Below are positions 15,302 to 28,345 of a stretch of DNA of 64,000 nucleotides, piece after piece. Both the position numbers and the translations under genes were made by a program. Origin of the DNA: Octopus vulgaris (Eukaryota); NCBI GenBank assembly GCA_951406725.2, contig OX597822.1, forward strand, positions 1,860,001-1,924,000. The letters are read 5' to 3'. Each line of letters starts with the position of its first letter. Positions within the stretch are counted from its first letter, which is position 1. The notes beneath the pieces are model-generated. The model made no database searches, was not told the DNA's origin, and saw only the letters and a list, made by a program, of their open reading frames with translations.

Positions 15302-15345
15302 CATATACATATATATATATATATATATATACATACATATAAATA

Positions 15346-16500
15346 CATCCCTGGCGAACAGACCACTTTATCTCGAATGGTTTCAAAAAGAAACCGGACG
15401 ACAGATTCAATGTCGCTGTACACAGCAGTGATCCAGCTGCGGAAAGTTGGGCCCAGCCCGGCCGCCCCGAAGACTGCTGCCACGTACTAATGGGCGACCC
15501 TGCCAGTTGGCAGCAGAATGGACGCAAGCCAGAATAGAAGCAAGCCGGAAGGTGTCCGAACAAGTCTGGCATACTTTTATAAAACTCATAGTGTAGACTA
15601 TTAAGTCGCCGCGTCCTGTCCCCGGGGCACTCGGAAAGTACATCTATGACCTCCTTGGCTGTAATCGGCCTTCAGAGTACTCAGTCTCTGAGGCCGCCGT
15701 CCAGGAAGTCCCGAAAGTCATAACTATGGTCCAGCGTCCTGCTCTTCCCGAACACCTCGGCAAAATGCTCTTAAATGGCCCCACTAATCTCGTCCTGTCC
15801 TTCGATTAAACATTCCTGTTCATTAACCAATGTTCTAATTGTGGCGTCATTGCTACACTGGGTCTCCACCGTACGGGCCCATCCAGCAACGTTGGTTCCC
15901 TCACGATCCAATGCACATACGTTAGCCCTGACTCTGAATCCCTTGTGTTCGGCTTTGAGGTGTCGGTCCAAAGCTGATCTCGCTGCCAGCACTTGGGACG
16001 CAGAACTCAACCTCAACGCCTCCTTAACTAGATTCCCTCCTATTCTAACCTTATCTAAATTTAAATGACAGCTAAATGTAATTGACTTAATGCGTATGGC
16101 TTGTTTGAGGACAGCTCACCACCGGTTATTCAACGCAGTGCCGGTTAATGCCATCTTAACTAACTCCTTAATCCGGTTACGGTAAGCCTCACAAGACAAA
16201 ATACTATTGTTCAGCTTCCAATAAACGGATCCCTGTCTATTCACTCTCACTATGATCATCCTACTCTTCACTAATTTGTGATCCGTGTAGGGGATCAAGA
16301 AGAACTGTGTACAACAAAAACTAGACTTATCTCTAGTTCGTACCACTATCCTATGTAAGTCCTGCACGACCTGTTGACAGTAGCCCTGGTCCACACTAGG
16401 AAGCTCGAGTAATCAAGTGTGTAACGATCTGCCATCTGAAATTGCTTAAGCAGATCGGCGAGATATAGGCTTCCTCTCCTAGCAAGTATGGCGAGCAGGT
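15346..16500 (-). mobile_element. Tx1/L1-type LINE ORF2 fragment, decayed
   Basis: YTDHKLV..WKLNNSIL (EN end and linker); GFRVRA..REG; APG.GRG (SPGxDG equivalent); GLGPTFRSWITAVYSD..PFEIKWSVRQGC (RT motif); truncated at (TA)n. Confidence 0.88.
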
Positions 16501-17115
16501 TCCAACTAAATAAACCACGCTTCGTGATTGGAAAATATAAATAATAACAACGTTAATAGTTAATTATCAAACTTCAAGAACGAGTTGTATATTTTTACCC
16601 TTCCGTTTACAGATTATATCTGTAAGCTTTGTGCTAGCCGTGCTCTTTGTTTGCTTGAAAGAGTTAGCTTTTCCAAATTCTTACATAGAATTTTAATAAT
16701 ATAGTTGTATTCGCCCACCAAAGATTATTGGTATTAACGCATATTTATGCTTAATATAGACAAATTCTATGACTCGATGCAGTTGCCCATAGATATCTCG
16801 TTCTCTCCGAATTTGTAAGACATGTTCACAGCTGCAGGAAAACTAAATTGTATGCTTTCTCCATCTCAAAAATTATATTTCATAACTCAACTGATTTTAC
16901 AAATAATATCTATGGTTAATGTAGAAGAGTTACATTATTCGATTCATTTGCCCATATATAACATCTCCTTCATGCTGAAATTGGAAGATATCTTCACATC
17001 TGCAGGAAAAGTAGATTCTATTACTTCTCTTGTCTCCAAAATTATACCAGGACTGTTCTATTGTGCATGATATAAAATTCGATGAGAATTTTCTACAAGA
17101 ATTCCTTGAGCTGAA

Positions 17116-17178
<63 letters not shown>

Positions 17179-17494
17179 TCAATAACAGAGTGTGGTGTTG
17201 CTTACAATTATTTCCAGAGTACACTTTCGTGGCCATACCTTTGTAAATTCTTGTACTTTTATATATCTGTGTATTTCTGCTTGCACATGCGCATGTGTGA
17301 ATGTATATATAAATGTGCAAGCATACACATATGCACACACACACACACACACAGACTCACACATATATATGTATATGTATATGGATGTATGTATATATGT
17401 GTATATATATTTATATGTGTGTGTGTGTTTGTTTTATATATATATATATATATATGCGTGTGTGTGTATGTGTGTATATGTATATATATATTCT

Positions 17495-17691
17495 TTTATT
17501 TTTTTCGCTGTTACAGTAATTTGACTGCGGCCATGCTGGAGCACCGCATTTTATCGAACAGATCGACCCAGGGATTTATTCTTTGTAAACCTGCTACTTT
17601 TCTTATCGGTCTCTTCTCTTTTGCCGAACCGCTAGCTCATGGGGACGTAAACACACCAACAACGGAACACACAAACACAAACACAAACATA

Positions 17692-17736
<45 letters not shown>

Positions 17737-17850
17737 GACGGGCTTCTTTCTATTCCCGTCTACCAATTCCACCCACAAGGCTTTATTCGGCCCGATGCTA
17801 TAGTAGAAGACACAGCGGGGCTAAACCCAGAAACATGTGGGTGGAAAGCC
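17495..17850 (-). mobile_element. SINE family A
   Basis: Reverse-complement tail ttgactgcggccatgctggagcaccgc and head acgacgggcttctttc. Confidence 0.8.
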
Positions 17851-18720
17851 TAATATTAAGATCTTTATAATGCGTAAAAACTAAGATGTATTTAAAGCAT
17901 ATATTCAGAGCACTTTGTTTATTCTTTCACTAACTGTTTCAATCATCTAACACCCAGAAATTTCTTTCACTTAGAAGAGATTGTCGCCACTACAATATCA
18001 GGTTGCCAATGGTACACCGCATGTGTGTATATACATATGCAGTATTAGCGGCGGAAGAATTACTAGTATCGTAAAACAATCTCTGTTTTTCGTAACGTGA
18101 AAATACAAACACAAAGCTACTATACTGCCGTATTTGTCTTCAGAAGCCATGTCATATAGACGTATAGAGCTACAAAGCAAAGAAGTATCTACATGAGACA
18201 AAAACTATCAGGCAGCTATAAAGGAAAATTCTAACAAGTTTTCGTTCGCTGCTGATACTTCTCTGCTTTTTAGTACTCTACAGCTATACGTGATGGCTTC
18301 TCAAGACGAAGAGCACAATATTTAGTCTTTATATTAATATATCCACTTTAAGTAATATATGCATATTGCTTTTCGGTACTAATAATACTTTAGTTACTAA
18401 GAAAAAGATCCTTGCTCAGCATGTCAGCTATTTGCGACACTAGTGACCACTTAATCATAATATTTGCATACATGAGTAGTCGGGAATTTAATCTAAGCAT
18501 TTGGTGATAGAGCATGTTCTCGAACGATTACGCTTACATACTCAGAATCACGTAATGTAGCAATTCCTGAACTTATTGCAAACTTTATGTCCAAGATCAG
18601 AGACCTGGACACATGATTGCGAAGGCAATGCCTAAATTACACATTAGCATACATACATGGATATACGCAGACACACAAGTATATACCCACACAAACACCT
18701 GTATATTGAAAGATACACAT

Positions 18721-18752
<32 letters not shown>

Positions 18753-18757
<5 letters not shown>

Positions 18758-18925
18758 CCGTGACCGACCAGACTATCAGATGTTACAACACATCGCTGGT
18801 CACAATGTGCTTCGCATTGTTTTAGCCCTCAGATGACGCCACCCCGCTTCCTAAGCGAGCAGGCCAACAGAAGAAAGAGTGAGAGAAAGTTGTGGCGAAA
18901 AAGTACATCAATGATCGCCACCACA
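18753..18925 (-). mobile_element. 3' portion of a SINE (ggtcggtcacggtgatg tail); related copies at 29988-30105 and 33322-33440
   Basis: Homologous ggcctgctcgcttag..gctaaaacaatgcgaagc..gtcggtcacg blocks occur three times. Confidence 0.75.
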
Positions 18926-18997
18926 TATATTTTAATATATAAGGATAAGATACACGTGGTATTTTGTCTCTAATTTATGTGTTAGTGTTTTAGCGTA

Positions 18998-19077
18998 TCC
19001 GCTGATGAGAACTTCGCCTTGCAAATTATTTTATTTGCTAATTAAAGTTCGAAACCAAATGCCCGGCTGTAAAACAT
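18998..19077 (+). ncRNA. Hammerhead-like motif with extended stem II (degenerate stem III)
   Basis: ccg CTGATGA gaactt..gcaaat/atttgc..aagttc GAAAC caaatgcc cgg; core boxes at 19002-19008 and 19051-19055; no clean NUH triplet. Confidence 0.55.
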
Positions 19078-19223
19078 GGTAAATGTTTATATTCTTCATT
19101 CCCTTCGAAATTGCTCTTAACTGTGGTTTGGACTTTTTTGACTGTTCCTTCTAGCATGTAAGGCAACCTGTTAAGGCTCACCTCTTTTGTGTTTAAATGT
19201 ACACTGATTTTTATATGAAACTA

Positions 19224-20493
19224 CGAGGGGCGTTCAATAAGTAATGCCCCTAACCCACTTCCCATAGCAGTAGAGCAACGACACTTGGCACAGTTATTAG
19301 TCTTTTTCTACGTAGGAACTACCCAGAGTTATGCATTTCTCCCATCGTTTGATACAGCTCTGGAGACCGTTTTTGTAGAAGACCTCAGCTTGGTCCTCCA
19401 ACCTGAACGTGACTTCAGAAATCAAGGCTGCATCATCTGGGAAACGCTTTCCTTTCAAAAACAACTTCATGATTGGGAAGAGGTGAAAATCAGAGGGTGC
19501 AAGGGGAGGAGTTCATAGCTGCACGCCTGTGCTTCTGATCTGGCGACACGCGAGTTGTGGACCGGAGCGTTGTCCTGCAGGAGGAGGATGCCTTTGCTGA
19601 TCTTGCCCCGCCTCTTGATTTTGATAGCTTCTCTTAATTTCCTCAAAAGTGAAGCATAATAGGCTCCTGTAATTGTGGTACCCTTTGCCAGGAAATCTGT
19701 CATCACTACTCCGTCCTGGTCCCAGAAGACTGTGAGCATAACCTTGTCAGCGGAGGGCTGCACCCTTGCCTTCTTTGGAGGAGGTGAGTCACGGTGCTTT
19801 CACTGCATTGACTGGGCTTTGGTCTATGGATCATAGTGATGGACCCAGGTTTCATCCTGTGTAATCAGTATTTTGAAAAATTTTGACTCATCTTCTTGGC
19901 ACATCTCTAAATTCATCCTCGAGCACTCAACGCGTTCTTGCTTCTGGAAAGGTATGAGCAACCTGGAAATCCATCTGGCAGACGCCTTTTGCATATGCAA
20001 ATGATCATGAATGATAGTTTCCACAGACCCGGTACTAATCTTGACCTTATGGGCTATTTGGCGAATAGTTATGCGTTGACCTTCCAAAATGGCAGCCTCA
20101 ACTTGACGGACAGACGTCTCATCAACGGTAGAAGGGGTCGACCAGATCTGGGAGCTGTTTCCACAGAGTTCCGACTATGTTTGAATTCACGATGCCAGCG
20201 TTTTACAAGGTCATATGATGGGGCATCATCACCATAAGTTACTTTCATTTCATCAAAAGTCTCCCGTGGTGTGCGTCCTTTCAAATACAAAAACCAGATC
20301 ACTGCTCGACACTCAACAGGCTCCATTTCACACTTGACTCAGTTCAAACACCTGTAAATCAGAAACTACAATTAGCTCAGAGCTGTAATTTGCCACTTAA
20401 TCTATAGAGATATAAATAATTGCACATGCAAAATTTCAGCTAGATCAAACAAACGCAAGTGGGTCAGGGGCATTACTTATTGAACGCCCCTCG
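19224..20493 (-). mobile_element. Full-length mariner DNA transposon (1270 bp)
   Basis: 37-bp TIRs cgaggggcgttcaataagtaatgcccct(a/g)acccactt with one mismatch; TA duplications at 19222-19223 and 20494-20495. Confidence 0.97.
19297..20326 (-). pseudogene. Mariner transposase pseudogene (DD34D-type, irritans/Himar-like by motif appearance)
   Basis: MEPVECRAVIWFLYLKG..APRSGRP; frameshift; WISRLL (WVPRLL equivalent); DETWVHHYDP*; KVMLTVFWD; LQDNAPVH; deletion of the YSPDL motif; SDFHLFP..KRWEKCITLGSSYVEKD*. Confidence 0.93.
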
Positions 20494-20565
20494 TATGTCT
20501 ATTGACTTTGTATACATATTAGGTCACTGGTAGAAAATATTCCATAATTTTTTCCTGCCCTATAT

Positions 20566-20655
<90 letters not shown>

Positions 20656-20694
20656 ACATACGCACAGAGATATAGTTAAGTATATACAGGATGT

Positions 20695-20952
20695 TTTGTT
20701 GTTGTTTGTTCCTTCTCGAGCCATGCCTGGCTCATAAGGGTCGGTTTCCCGGTTTCTTGGCGTATAGGTTCCCTACCTGGGCGGGACACCGGTCCGTCGC
20801 AGGTGAGTTGCAAGAGGAAAGAGTCAGAGAAAGTTGTGGCGAATGAGTCAGCAGAAGTTCGCCATTACCTTCTGCCGGAGCCGCTCATAAACACACACAT
20901 AGCCTGGTCTGAAATTCGAACCCGCGAGTCCGCTGCTCTAACCACTAGGCCA
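20695..20952 (-). mobile_element. tRNA-headed SINE with 13-bp TSD
   Basis: Minus-strand head tggcctagtggttagagcagcggactcgcgggttcgaa; atatacaggatgt duplicated at 20682-20694 and 20953-20965. Confidence 0.85.
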
Positions 20953-20957
20953 ATATA

Positions 20958-21300
20958 CAGGATGTCCCAGAATTAACTATCTATTTAAATGAAATCGAGG
21001 AATTTAAAACAAAACACAGACGGAATTTTATGTTTATTACATAATTATGATACCAAAGCTAAAAAGATCAATAAATCATTACTGAAAAATGTTCAACATG
21101 TGCTGTGTGTGTATCCCTATAAATTTCAATTTTATCGTTTGCACTGCGAAACATATTTGGAAGCATTTCAGGAAGTATCCCCTGCACTGCAAACTGAATG
21201 TGGGATGTTTTATTTACATACATCCTGATTTGCTTATAATGGATATATATTGGATTTTCCAGTATGAGGGTCCATGGGACAGTATTATAGCCATTAGAGT
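20958..21300 (-). mobile_element. Decayed Tc1/mariner 3' end and TIR
   Basis: Terminus TA|caggatgtccc resembles the TIR at 277-300. Minus-strand RMYVNK..ILPEMLPNMF..AHVEHF resembles a transposase C-terminus. Confidence 0.55.
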
Positions 21301-22685
21301 GCACACAGTGGAGAAGGCTTATATAGGATCAGTCATATATTGTGGAAATATTGATAGAAGAAAGTTGATGTAAATGTTTGCCTCATACAACAAAACTCAA
21401 GCTTCTCTTTCTGTTGGGCTGGATATGTGCAGGGGCACTAAACTAGAAATTCCTATGACCTTGCGCATGTGTCTGTGTGTTTGTGGGTGTACGTGCGTAC
21501 GCAGGTCGATAAGTATAGACATAGACAGATAGAAATACAGTGACTGTGTATGAATACCAATAAGATGACTGAGGTACTTTATTAATCGATATCTTTCATA
21601 TATTATATTATGCCAGAAATATAATTCTTTGCTTTTATCATACCTTTGGGACATGGTGTATTCAAACATAGCCCGATGCCTGTAGCTATCGCTGAAATTT
21701 GTGCTACGTAAATATAAAGTGTCTCCGAGTAATGGTTATCGTTAAAGTCCATCATCAAGTTTTTCATCGGAGGGAACATTTAGATTCAATTCAAATAACA
21801 TATTCAAGCAAATATACTAATAGTGCCTGTTATTTACAGAATTTGGATTGTGTTGTATCTACCAACCGGTTTGATTCAATTGCATGTTTTTGACCAGTTA
21901 TCCATACCTACGAAAAGATCATCTCCAGTTTTTTCTGTTATACATAATCACTGATTATTTCTTACACATAAATTTTCTTCCAACCTATTTCAGTTTCTTA
22001 TATTTCTAATTAACATGTCTTGGATGCGCAAGAACGTCAATATCATTACTCAGTTTTATAAAATCGAAATTTTATTCTCTTTTTCAGTATTTCTAAAACG
22101 ACCCAGCAAACTTGTTGACGTTTGTTTGAAAGCTTCATTTAGAAACATTTTCAACGAGTATTCACATATTTTCTTTTTTATTTCCATGATTTGGTAAGCT
22201 GTCTGCTTTTGAATAACGAGGTTTGTGTATTGCGAGTCGTTTCGCCAAATCTGTGCTTGAAAATATTGAAGACGTTTCATAGAATCGAGAAGGAATTTTT
22301 TTTTTCCATTTGATTGACGGCTTTCTTGTTCAATGTTGTTCAGCTTTACTGCATTGAAAATTCTTGATATCTTCAACAGGATTTTATTCCGATCGTTAAT
22401 ATCGTTTTCAAATTTTCAGCCTAACTTTTGGTCATCAGGCAAGTGAGATGTTTTTCACAGAGTCCACCATGAATATTTCTTTCGCATTGGCTTTGTTAGG
22501 TCAGGAATTTCTTCTTGCCTTTTTCTGCCAAAATCATTAAATGGACACGTCCGATGCTGTTTGACTAGCTTCAACTTAAAAGCTACGGTCATGCTGGGCT
22601 GCTACTGTTGGCTTTGTCATGTCTTCGTTATTTGAAACCTCTTCTGATATGTGGAATTTCGTGGATATATATATTTATGTGTATC

Positions 22686-22716
<31 letters not shown>

Positions 22717-22899
22717 AGGCGCAATGGCCCAGTGGTTCGAACTAGAAACTTTCACAGAGTGTATATTTGGCATTAGAATTTTTCTTTTGGCCTTATTTTA
22801 TAAGTTATTTATAAATTTAACCTTTAAAGGTATTTTTTAATATGCTGGTCATTGATAAAATTGTTTTTCGAAAAACTTTCATCCTACATTAGACACTAG

Positions 22900-22942
<43 letters not shown>

Positions 22943-23183
22943 CCTGTGTGTATATATGTATATATTTCTGAAGGATTGAAATTAATCAAAGGACATAATA
23001 ACTATGCCTACCTGCTGGATATAACAGTCAAAAATCTTATTTAAATCGCCACAATACACTGATGCTAATTACAGATTTCAACCGAAGGCAAATCAGGTTA
23101 AGACGATCTCCCAAATGTATATATGCGTATATATATATTTACGACGGGCTTCTTTCAGTTTCCGTCTACCAAATCCACTCACA

Positions 23184-23620
23184 AGGCAACAATACAAAAA
23201 AAGGTATAAGCGAGTTTAAAAATAAGCAATAAGAGTATAACACGTCTATATACGCACATACACGTATGAACGCACACACACGTCTAAATACGCGCATAAC
23301 CGCACACGTCTATATACGCACACTGACACACACACAGGCGCACAAAAAAGTTCATACATACGTCTATATGCGCACATACACGAACAGGGCTATTTTTCTT
23401 GTGCACGTGCGCATATAGACGTGTGCCTGTATGCGCGTATTTAGACGTGTGTGTGTGTGGGTGCATACGGGTATGTGCATATATAGACGTGTTATACTCT
23501 CATTGCTTATTTTTTATACTCCCTTACGCCTTTTTTTCTGTATTGTTGCCCTTAGCCCTGACTTTCCTTGTGCCTGTGTGTATACATACGTGTGTATGGA
23601 CCTTTTTGGGGCGCCTGTGT
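23184..23620. repeat. Complex inverted repeat (~140-bp arms) of a permuted unit
   Basis: 23184-23320 is the reverse complement of ~23405-23550; 23333-23392 is the reverse complement of ~23552-23620. Confidence 0.75.
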
Positions 23621-23635
23621 ATAAAATTCTAATAT

Positions 23636-23690
<55 letters not shown>

Positions 23691-24265
23691 GGGCGGGTGA
23701 GATTGTGCATGTTTCAAGTGAGGGAGGATGAGTTTATACTTTTAGGCGCATGTACGTGAGTGTGCGGGGCGCGCATGTGTAGGTATGTACATATGCGCTT
23801 ACGCGAATACTATGAACTTTTTTGTCCCCTTACTTTTACTCCCTCTCCTCACTTAGCGGTCATTCAAATAGCCCTTTTGTCTTACTAACGTTCAATCACA
23901 CAGTAATTTCCCTTTGTTTAACGGTCATTTTCATAGCATTTTTGTGTCTGTGCGTGTGTCTGTGTGTGTGAGGTGGCGAAGTGGATTTCCACCATCTCGG
24001 AGATTTTCATCCGAAACTCGAAGATTCTTCTATTTACATAATATCGAGTTTTTCATTCTTTTGTTGGCTACCGAATAGGAATTGATACCCACATAGTTCC
24101 GGGTTAGTCATTTACAGAGCTCGTTCTAAATTCCTCTATTTATATAATATCTATTCGGCAAAAAGTGACGGATCTCTTGAAAGAAAAATAACTCCTGGGC
24201 TCCATTTGGTCGACTAAAACCCTTCAACCATGGCCGTAGTGAAATGACGAAAACAAGTAAAAGAG

Positions 24266-24300
<35 letters not shown>

Positions 24301-24302
24301 AT

Positions 24303-24463
24303 AGGCGCAGGAGTTGTTGTCTGGTAAGCAGCTTGCTTACCAACCACATGGTTCCGGTTTCAATCCCACTACGTGGCAGCCTGGGCAAGTGTCTTCTATA
24401 GTCTCGGGCCGACCAAATCCTTGTGAGTGGATTTGGTAGACGGAAACTAAAAGGAGGACGTCG

Positions 24464-24538
<75 letters not shown>

Positions 24539-24585
24539 GCGGTGCCCCAGCATAGCTCATTAGCTGAAAATGGAAAATCAAAAAT

Positions 24586-24636
<51 letters not shown>

Positions 24637-24870
24637 ACGTGTATGTGTATGTTTCTGAGTCGGTATTTGTCCCCCCAACATCGCTTGACAACCAATGCTG
24701 GTGCGTTGACGTCTCAATACCCTCGCGGTTCGACAAAAGAGAACAACAGGATAAGTTCTAGGCTCGCAAGGAATAAGTCCTGAGGTTGATTTGCTCGACT
24801 AAAAGCGGTGCTCCAGCATGACCGCAGTCAAATGACTGAAACAAGTAAAAGAATAAAAGAATAAAAGAAT
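24303..24870 (+). mobile_element. SINE family A with a short tail fragment nested in its internal (TA)n
   Basis: Head ggcgcaggagttgttgtctggtaagc; tail gactgaaacaagtaaaagaataaaagaataaaag. Confidence 0.88.
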
Positions 24871-25277
24871 ATTCTGTATATCCATATCTTAGTGTGCGCA
24901 AATGTATGTGAGCACGCGCATTGCTATATTTACACTTAAATTAATGTGTTAAAGGTGCCTGCCAATGTATATAGAACAGCATGTATAGATATGCGTATGT
25001 GCGTGCTTACAGGTGTGCGTATGCCTGTACGTGCTTGCATGCATGCAGCGGCTCTGCCGTTTAACTATGCATGCTGCAGTTTGTTTATAGAAGTACACCG
25101 AGCCTGCTGCAGCTACAATGCATTAGGCGCACATGCGCGTTGTTCGTACAACTATTTCTCGGTCATCTAATTAGTATTAGCTCTCTGCTGTTTTTTTCCC
25201 TCTCTTTCTCGTTCTTTCTATCTTTTATCTTCCTCTACACTGTGCTCACTCTGTCTGTCTGCTTATCTCTCTCTCTG

Positions 25278-25321
<44 letters not shown>

Positions 25322-25387
25322 TCTCCCTCTTTCTCTCTCTCGCTCTCGCAAATCTTCAGCAAAGATATAAACGTATATATACTTATA

Positions 25388-25618
25388 AGGCGGCGAGCTG
25401 GCAGAACCGTTAGCACGCCGGGCGAAATGCGTAGCCGTATTTCGTCTGCCGATATGTTCCGGGTTCAAATTCCGCCAAGGTAGACTTTGTCTTTCATCCT
25501 TTCGGGGTCGATAAATTAAGTAACAGTCACGCACTGGGGTCGATATAATCGACTTAACCCGTTTGTCTATCTTTGTTTGTCCTCTCTGTGTTTAGCCCCT
25601 TGTGGGTAGTAAAGAAAT
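25388..25618 (+). mobile_element. SINE family B with 23-bp TSD
   Basis: aggcggcgagctggcagaaccgttagc..ggttcaaattcc..ctttcatcctttcggggtcgataaattaag (resembles the MetaSINE central domain); atataaacgtatatatacttata at 25365-25387 and 25619-25641. Confidence 0.92.
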
Positions 25619-25964
25619 ATATAAACGTATATATACTTATATAATCCTCTTTTGTCTCCCTATAACGTCGTTTCCGATTGAAATTTATAGACCTGCCTCT
25701 CTATTGTTGTTCTCCTCTCTATCTTTCCCCCTCTCTTTTCTCTCTTTCTCACTCTCTCTCTCTCTCACCCCAGTCTCTTTTCTCATTTTTTTTCTTCTAA
25801 ATATGTATATCTGTGTGTGTTACTGTAATTCTCTCTGATTGTGGATGTGTGTCAGCGTATCATTTTGTGCGCATGTGAGTACGAGAGAGTCCTCGCGAGT
25901 TCATGAAGTACCACTGAATATATCTGCTAACGAATACACTTTTATATACATACATACATCTGTA

Positions 25965-26159
25965 GAAATAAGTTGCGATGTCACTCGTACCAAGCTGTAT
26001 CGGCCTTGGCTTTCGCTGGGGTAGCATAGGTGGCGTGGAGAGGGAAGGCCGATATGCATGGCTTACTGTTGATCGTCCATAAACAAACCGGCCCGAACTT
26101 GTGCCTCGGAAGCTAACTTTCCGGGTGCAATCCTATAGTCATTCATGACCAAAGGGGGT

Positions 26160-26160
<1 letters not shown>
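25965..26160 (+). mobile_element. SINE family C 3' part
   Basis: Homologous to the reverse complement of 28011-28215. Confidence 0.7.
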
Positions 26161-26200
<40 letters not shown>

Positions 26201-26203
<3 letters not shown>

Positions 26204-26400
26204 CGTGTGTACCGTTGGCGATTTTTTTCCTCCGTCTTTCCTTCTTTGGATCTTTCCTTTCCATATGTTTCTGACGAAGAGCTCCGCTCGAAACGTTAAA
26301 TCCTCCTTCTTTCCTTCTTTCCTAAGCGTCCAATAATACTATACTTGTTCCACGTCCTCGCGTTGTGGTGTTTTCTCTTTGTGTTTTCGTGTTTGGATTA
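26201..26400 (+). mobile_element. Short HHR-bearing repeat (family P1) inserted in (TA)n; degenerate copy at 34815-35010
   Basis: The two copies are near-collinear over ~190 bp (gttggcgatttttttcctc..gcgtccaataatactata..tttggatta), both flanked by microsatellites. Confidence 0.8.
26268..26300 (+). ncRNA. Minimal hammerhead ribozyme (P1)
   Basis: ttt CTGACGA a gagc-tcc-gctc GAAAC GTT aaa; stem III is the palindrome AACGTT, so it can only form in a dimer. Confidence 0.7.
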
Positions 26401-26424
26401 TATATATGTGTGTGTGTGTGTGTT

Positions 26425-26467
<43 letters not shown>

Positions 26468-26892
26468 AATAGAGCGAGAGAACGCGATGACTAACTAGCT
26501 GTATTTGCAATCTATCAATAAAGGCTATATTTGAAATCTATTGTACCTTTGTCAGTAAAGATTTCCGCGGACTATAGCTTTCTGATGAGGCCCTGTTACA
26601 TGCTCTTTGTTTGTCAACAATCTTCATATCGCTTTGAAAAATTGATTCAATATCTCATGAAATGAAGCCTTTTAGTTGAAAATGAAAAAAGTTATTCGCT
26701 TGAGGAATGTTTGTAATATATTGCAAAATATATTTGAGGCCTTATAGAACATCAGAAGCTTCAACTTAAACTTGTGTTTTTAAAACTCCATCTGGGACTT
26801 CCATTTATTGGTCAACTGAAATTATTTCCCGTAGCTCATGTATCATTTTCAATTACACATACGGACGCGTATAAGTCATACAAGCACACATA

Positions 26893-26930
<38 letters not shown>

Positions 26931-26959
26931 CGTCCGTGTGCGTGTGTGTGTGTGTGTAC

Positions 26960-27330
26960 ACATCTTTTATCTTTTACTTGATTCAATCATTAGACTGCGG
27001 CTATACTTGGACACCGCCTTGAATTTTTAGTCGAATGAATCGACGCCAGTACTACTTGTTTAAGCCTGGTACTCATTCTATCGCTCACTGTTGCCGAACT
27101 GCTACGTTATGGAGACGCGCACTCACCAATACCGCTTTGCTAGCGATGGTGGGGGACCAAACACAAACAAAAAAGAGACGCGCGCGCTTACATACACGTA
27201 TACACGACGGGTTAGCAAATCTATTCACAAGGCTTTGGTCAGTCCGAGTCTCTAGATGCTACGCAGTGAGACTGAACTCGGAAACATGTGGCTGAGAAGC
27301 AATCCCCTTACCACTCAGCCACGCCTACGC
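26960..27330 (-). mobile_element. SINE family A (diverged)
   Basis: Reverse-complement tail and head (cagccacgcctacgc). Confidence 0.75.
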
Positions 27331-28010
27331 TTACATAATATATATATATATTTATATATATATGCACAAACACAATGTGTTTATTACATATCCCCTTCCC
27401 AAAATACATTCTTTCTTCCCATCCCATCAAAAGAAACAGCATTATTTTGATTCTTTATAATTCCTTAATTTATTTTCATCTATATTCATATCTTCATCGT
27501 GATTACGCAACTGTCGACCACATTACATAACTTTCTCTATCCACCAGACTCTATGGCCCTTCATGTCAACTGGCAAAACAGTGTATCCGCGTAAATTTTT
27601 CATTACCAGTTGTAGCTGATATGCTGCACACCTAAAACATCAGCAACATTAAGTATGTGACAAAAATATAAATAGATAAATAGAATGGTTGCATGTGCGT
27701 TAACCCCAACCCAACTCGGTATTCCAAGTCCGTTCTCCAGGCTGCTTCTTCATACCATGCGCTGTAGCAGTTCAGGCAGCACAACAATAAAGCTTAAAAC
27801 TCCAGAGAAAACCACGCGCGGTAAACAAAGCGAATAAACTTTTACAAGAAAACCGCTGATAGACGCCTTCATGCTTCGTGCTGCTATCAAGCATTCCCGC
27901 TTGCCAATGAATTTCTTCTAACTTTGCTGAATCTTCCTTTTCCACTAGGATGGTTGTAGAAGTACTACAAAATAGCCAACAACGGTAATGACATAATGTG
28001 ATCCTAAAAG

Positions 28011-28345
28011 ATGAGACCCCCTTTCAGTCTTTACTGACCAAGGGATTGCACCGAGAAAGTTACCCTGCCAGGAACAAGTCCGGGCAAGGTTGTTTATGGA
28101 AGACCAGTAATCGCCCATGCATACCGGCCTCTCCTCTCCACGCCACGCCACGCCGCCAGTGTTACCCAAGGGAAAGGCAGATACAGTTTGGTACTTGTGA
28201 AGTCGCAACTCATTTCTACAGTTGAGTGAACGAGAGCAACGTGAAATAAAGTGTCTGGCTCAAGAACACAACTCGCAGCCCGGTTCGGGATTCGAACTCA
28301 CAACCTCACGCTGGACGCTCTAACCACTGAGCCATGCGACTTCAC
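28011..28345 (-). mobile_element. Full-length SINE family C with TSD
   Basis: Minus head gcatggctcagtggttagagcg..gagttcgaatcc; gat(c/a)ctaaaag at 28000-28010 and 28346-28356. Confidence 0.88.

Noticed and set aside
22714-22742. tRNA-like sequences here and at SINE heads
   Set aside because: Only A/B-box remnants with no full cloverleaf; they are SINE heads, not tRNA genes.
26581-26620. CTGATGAG box
   Set aside because: No stem II or GAAA box follows; same for 29628.
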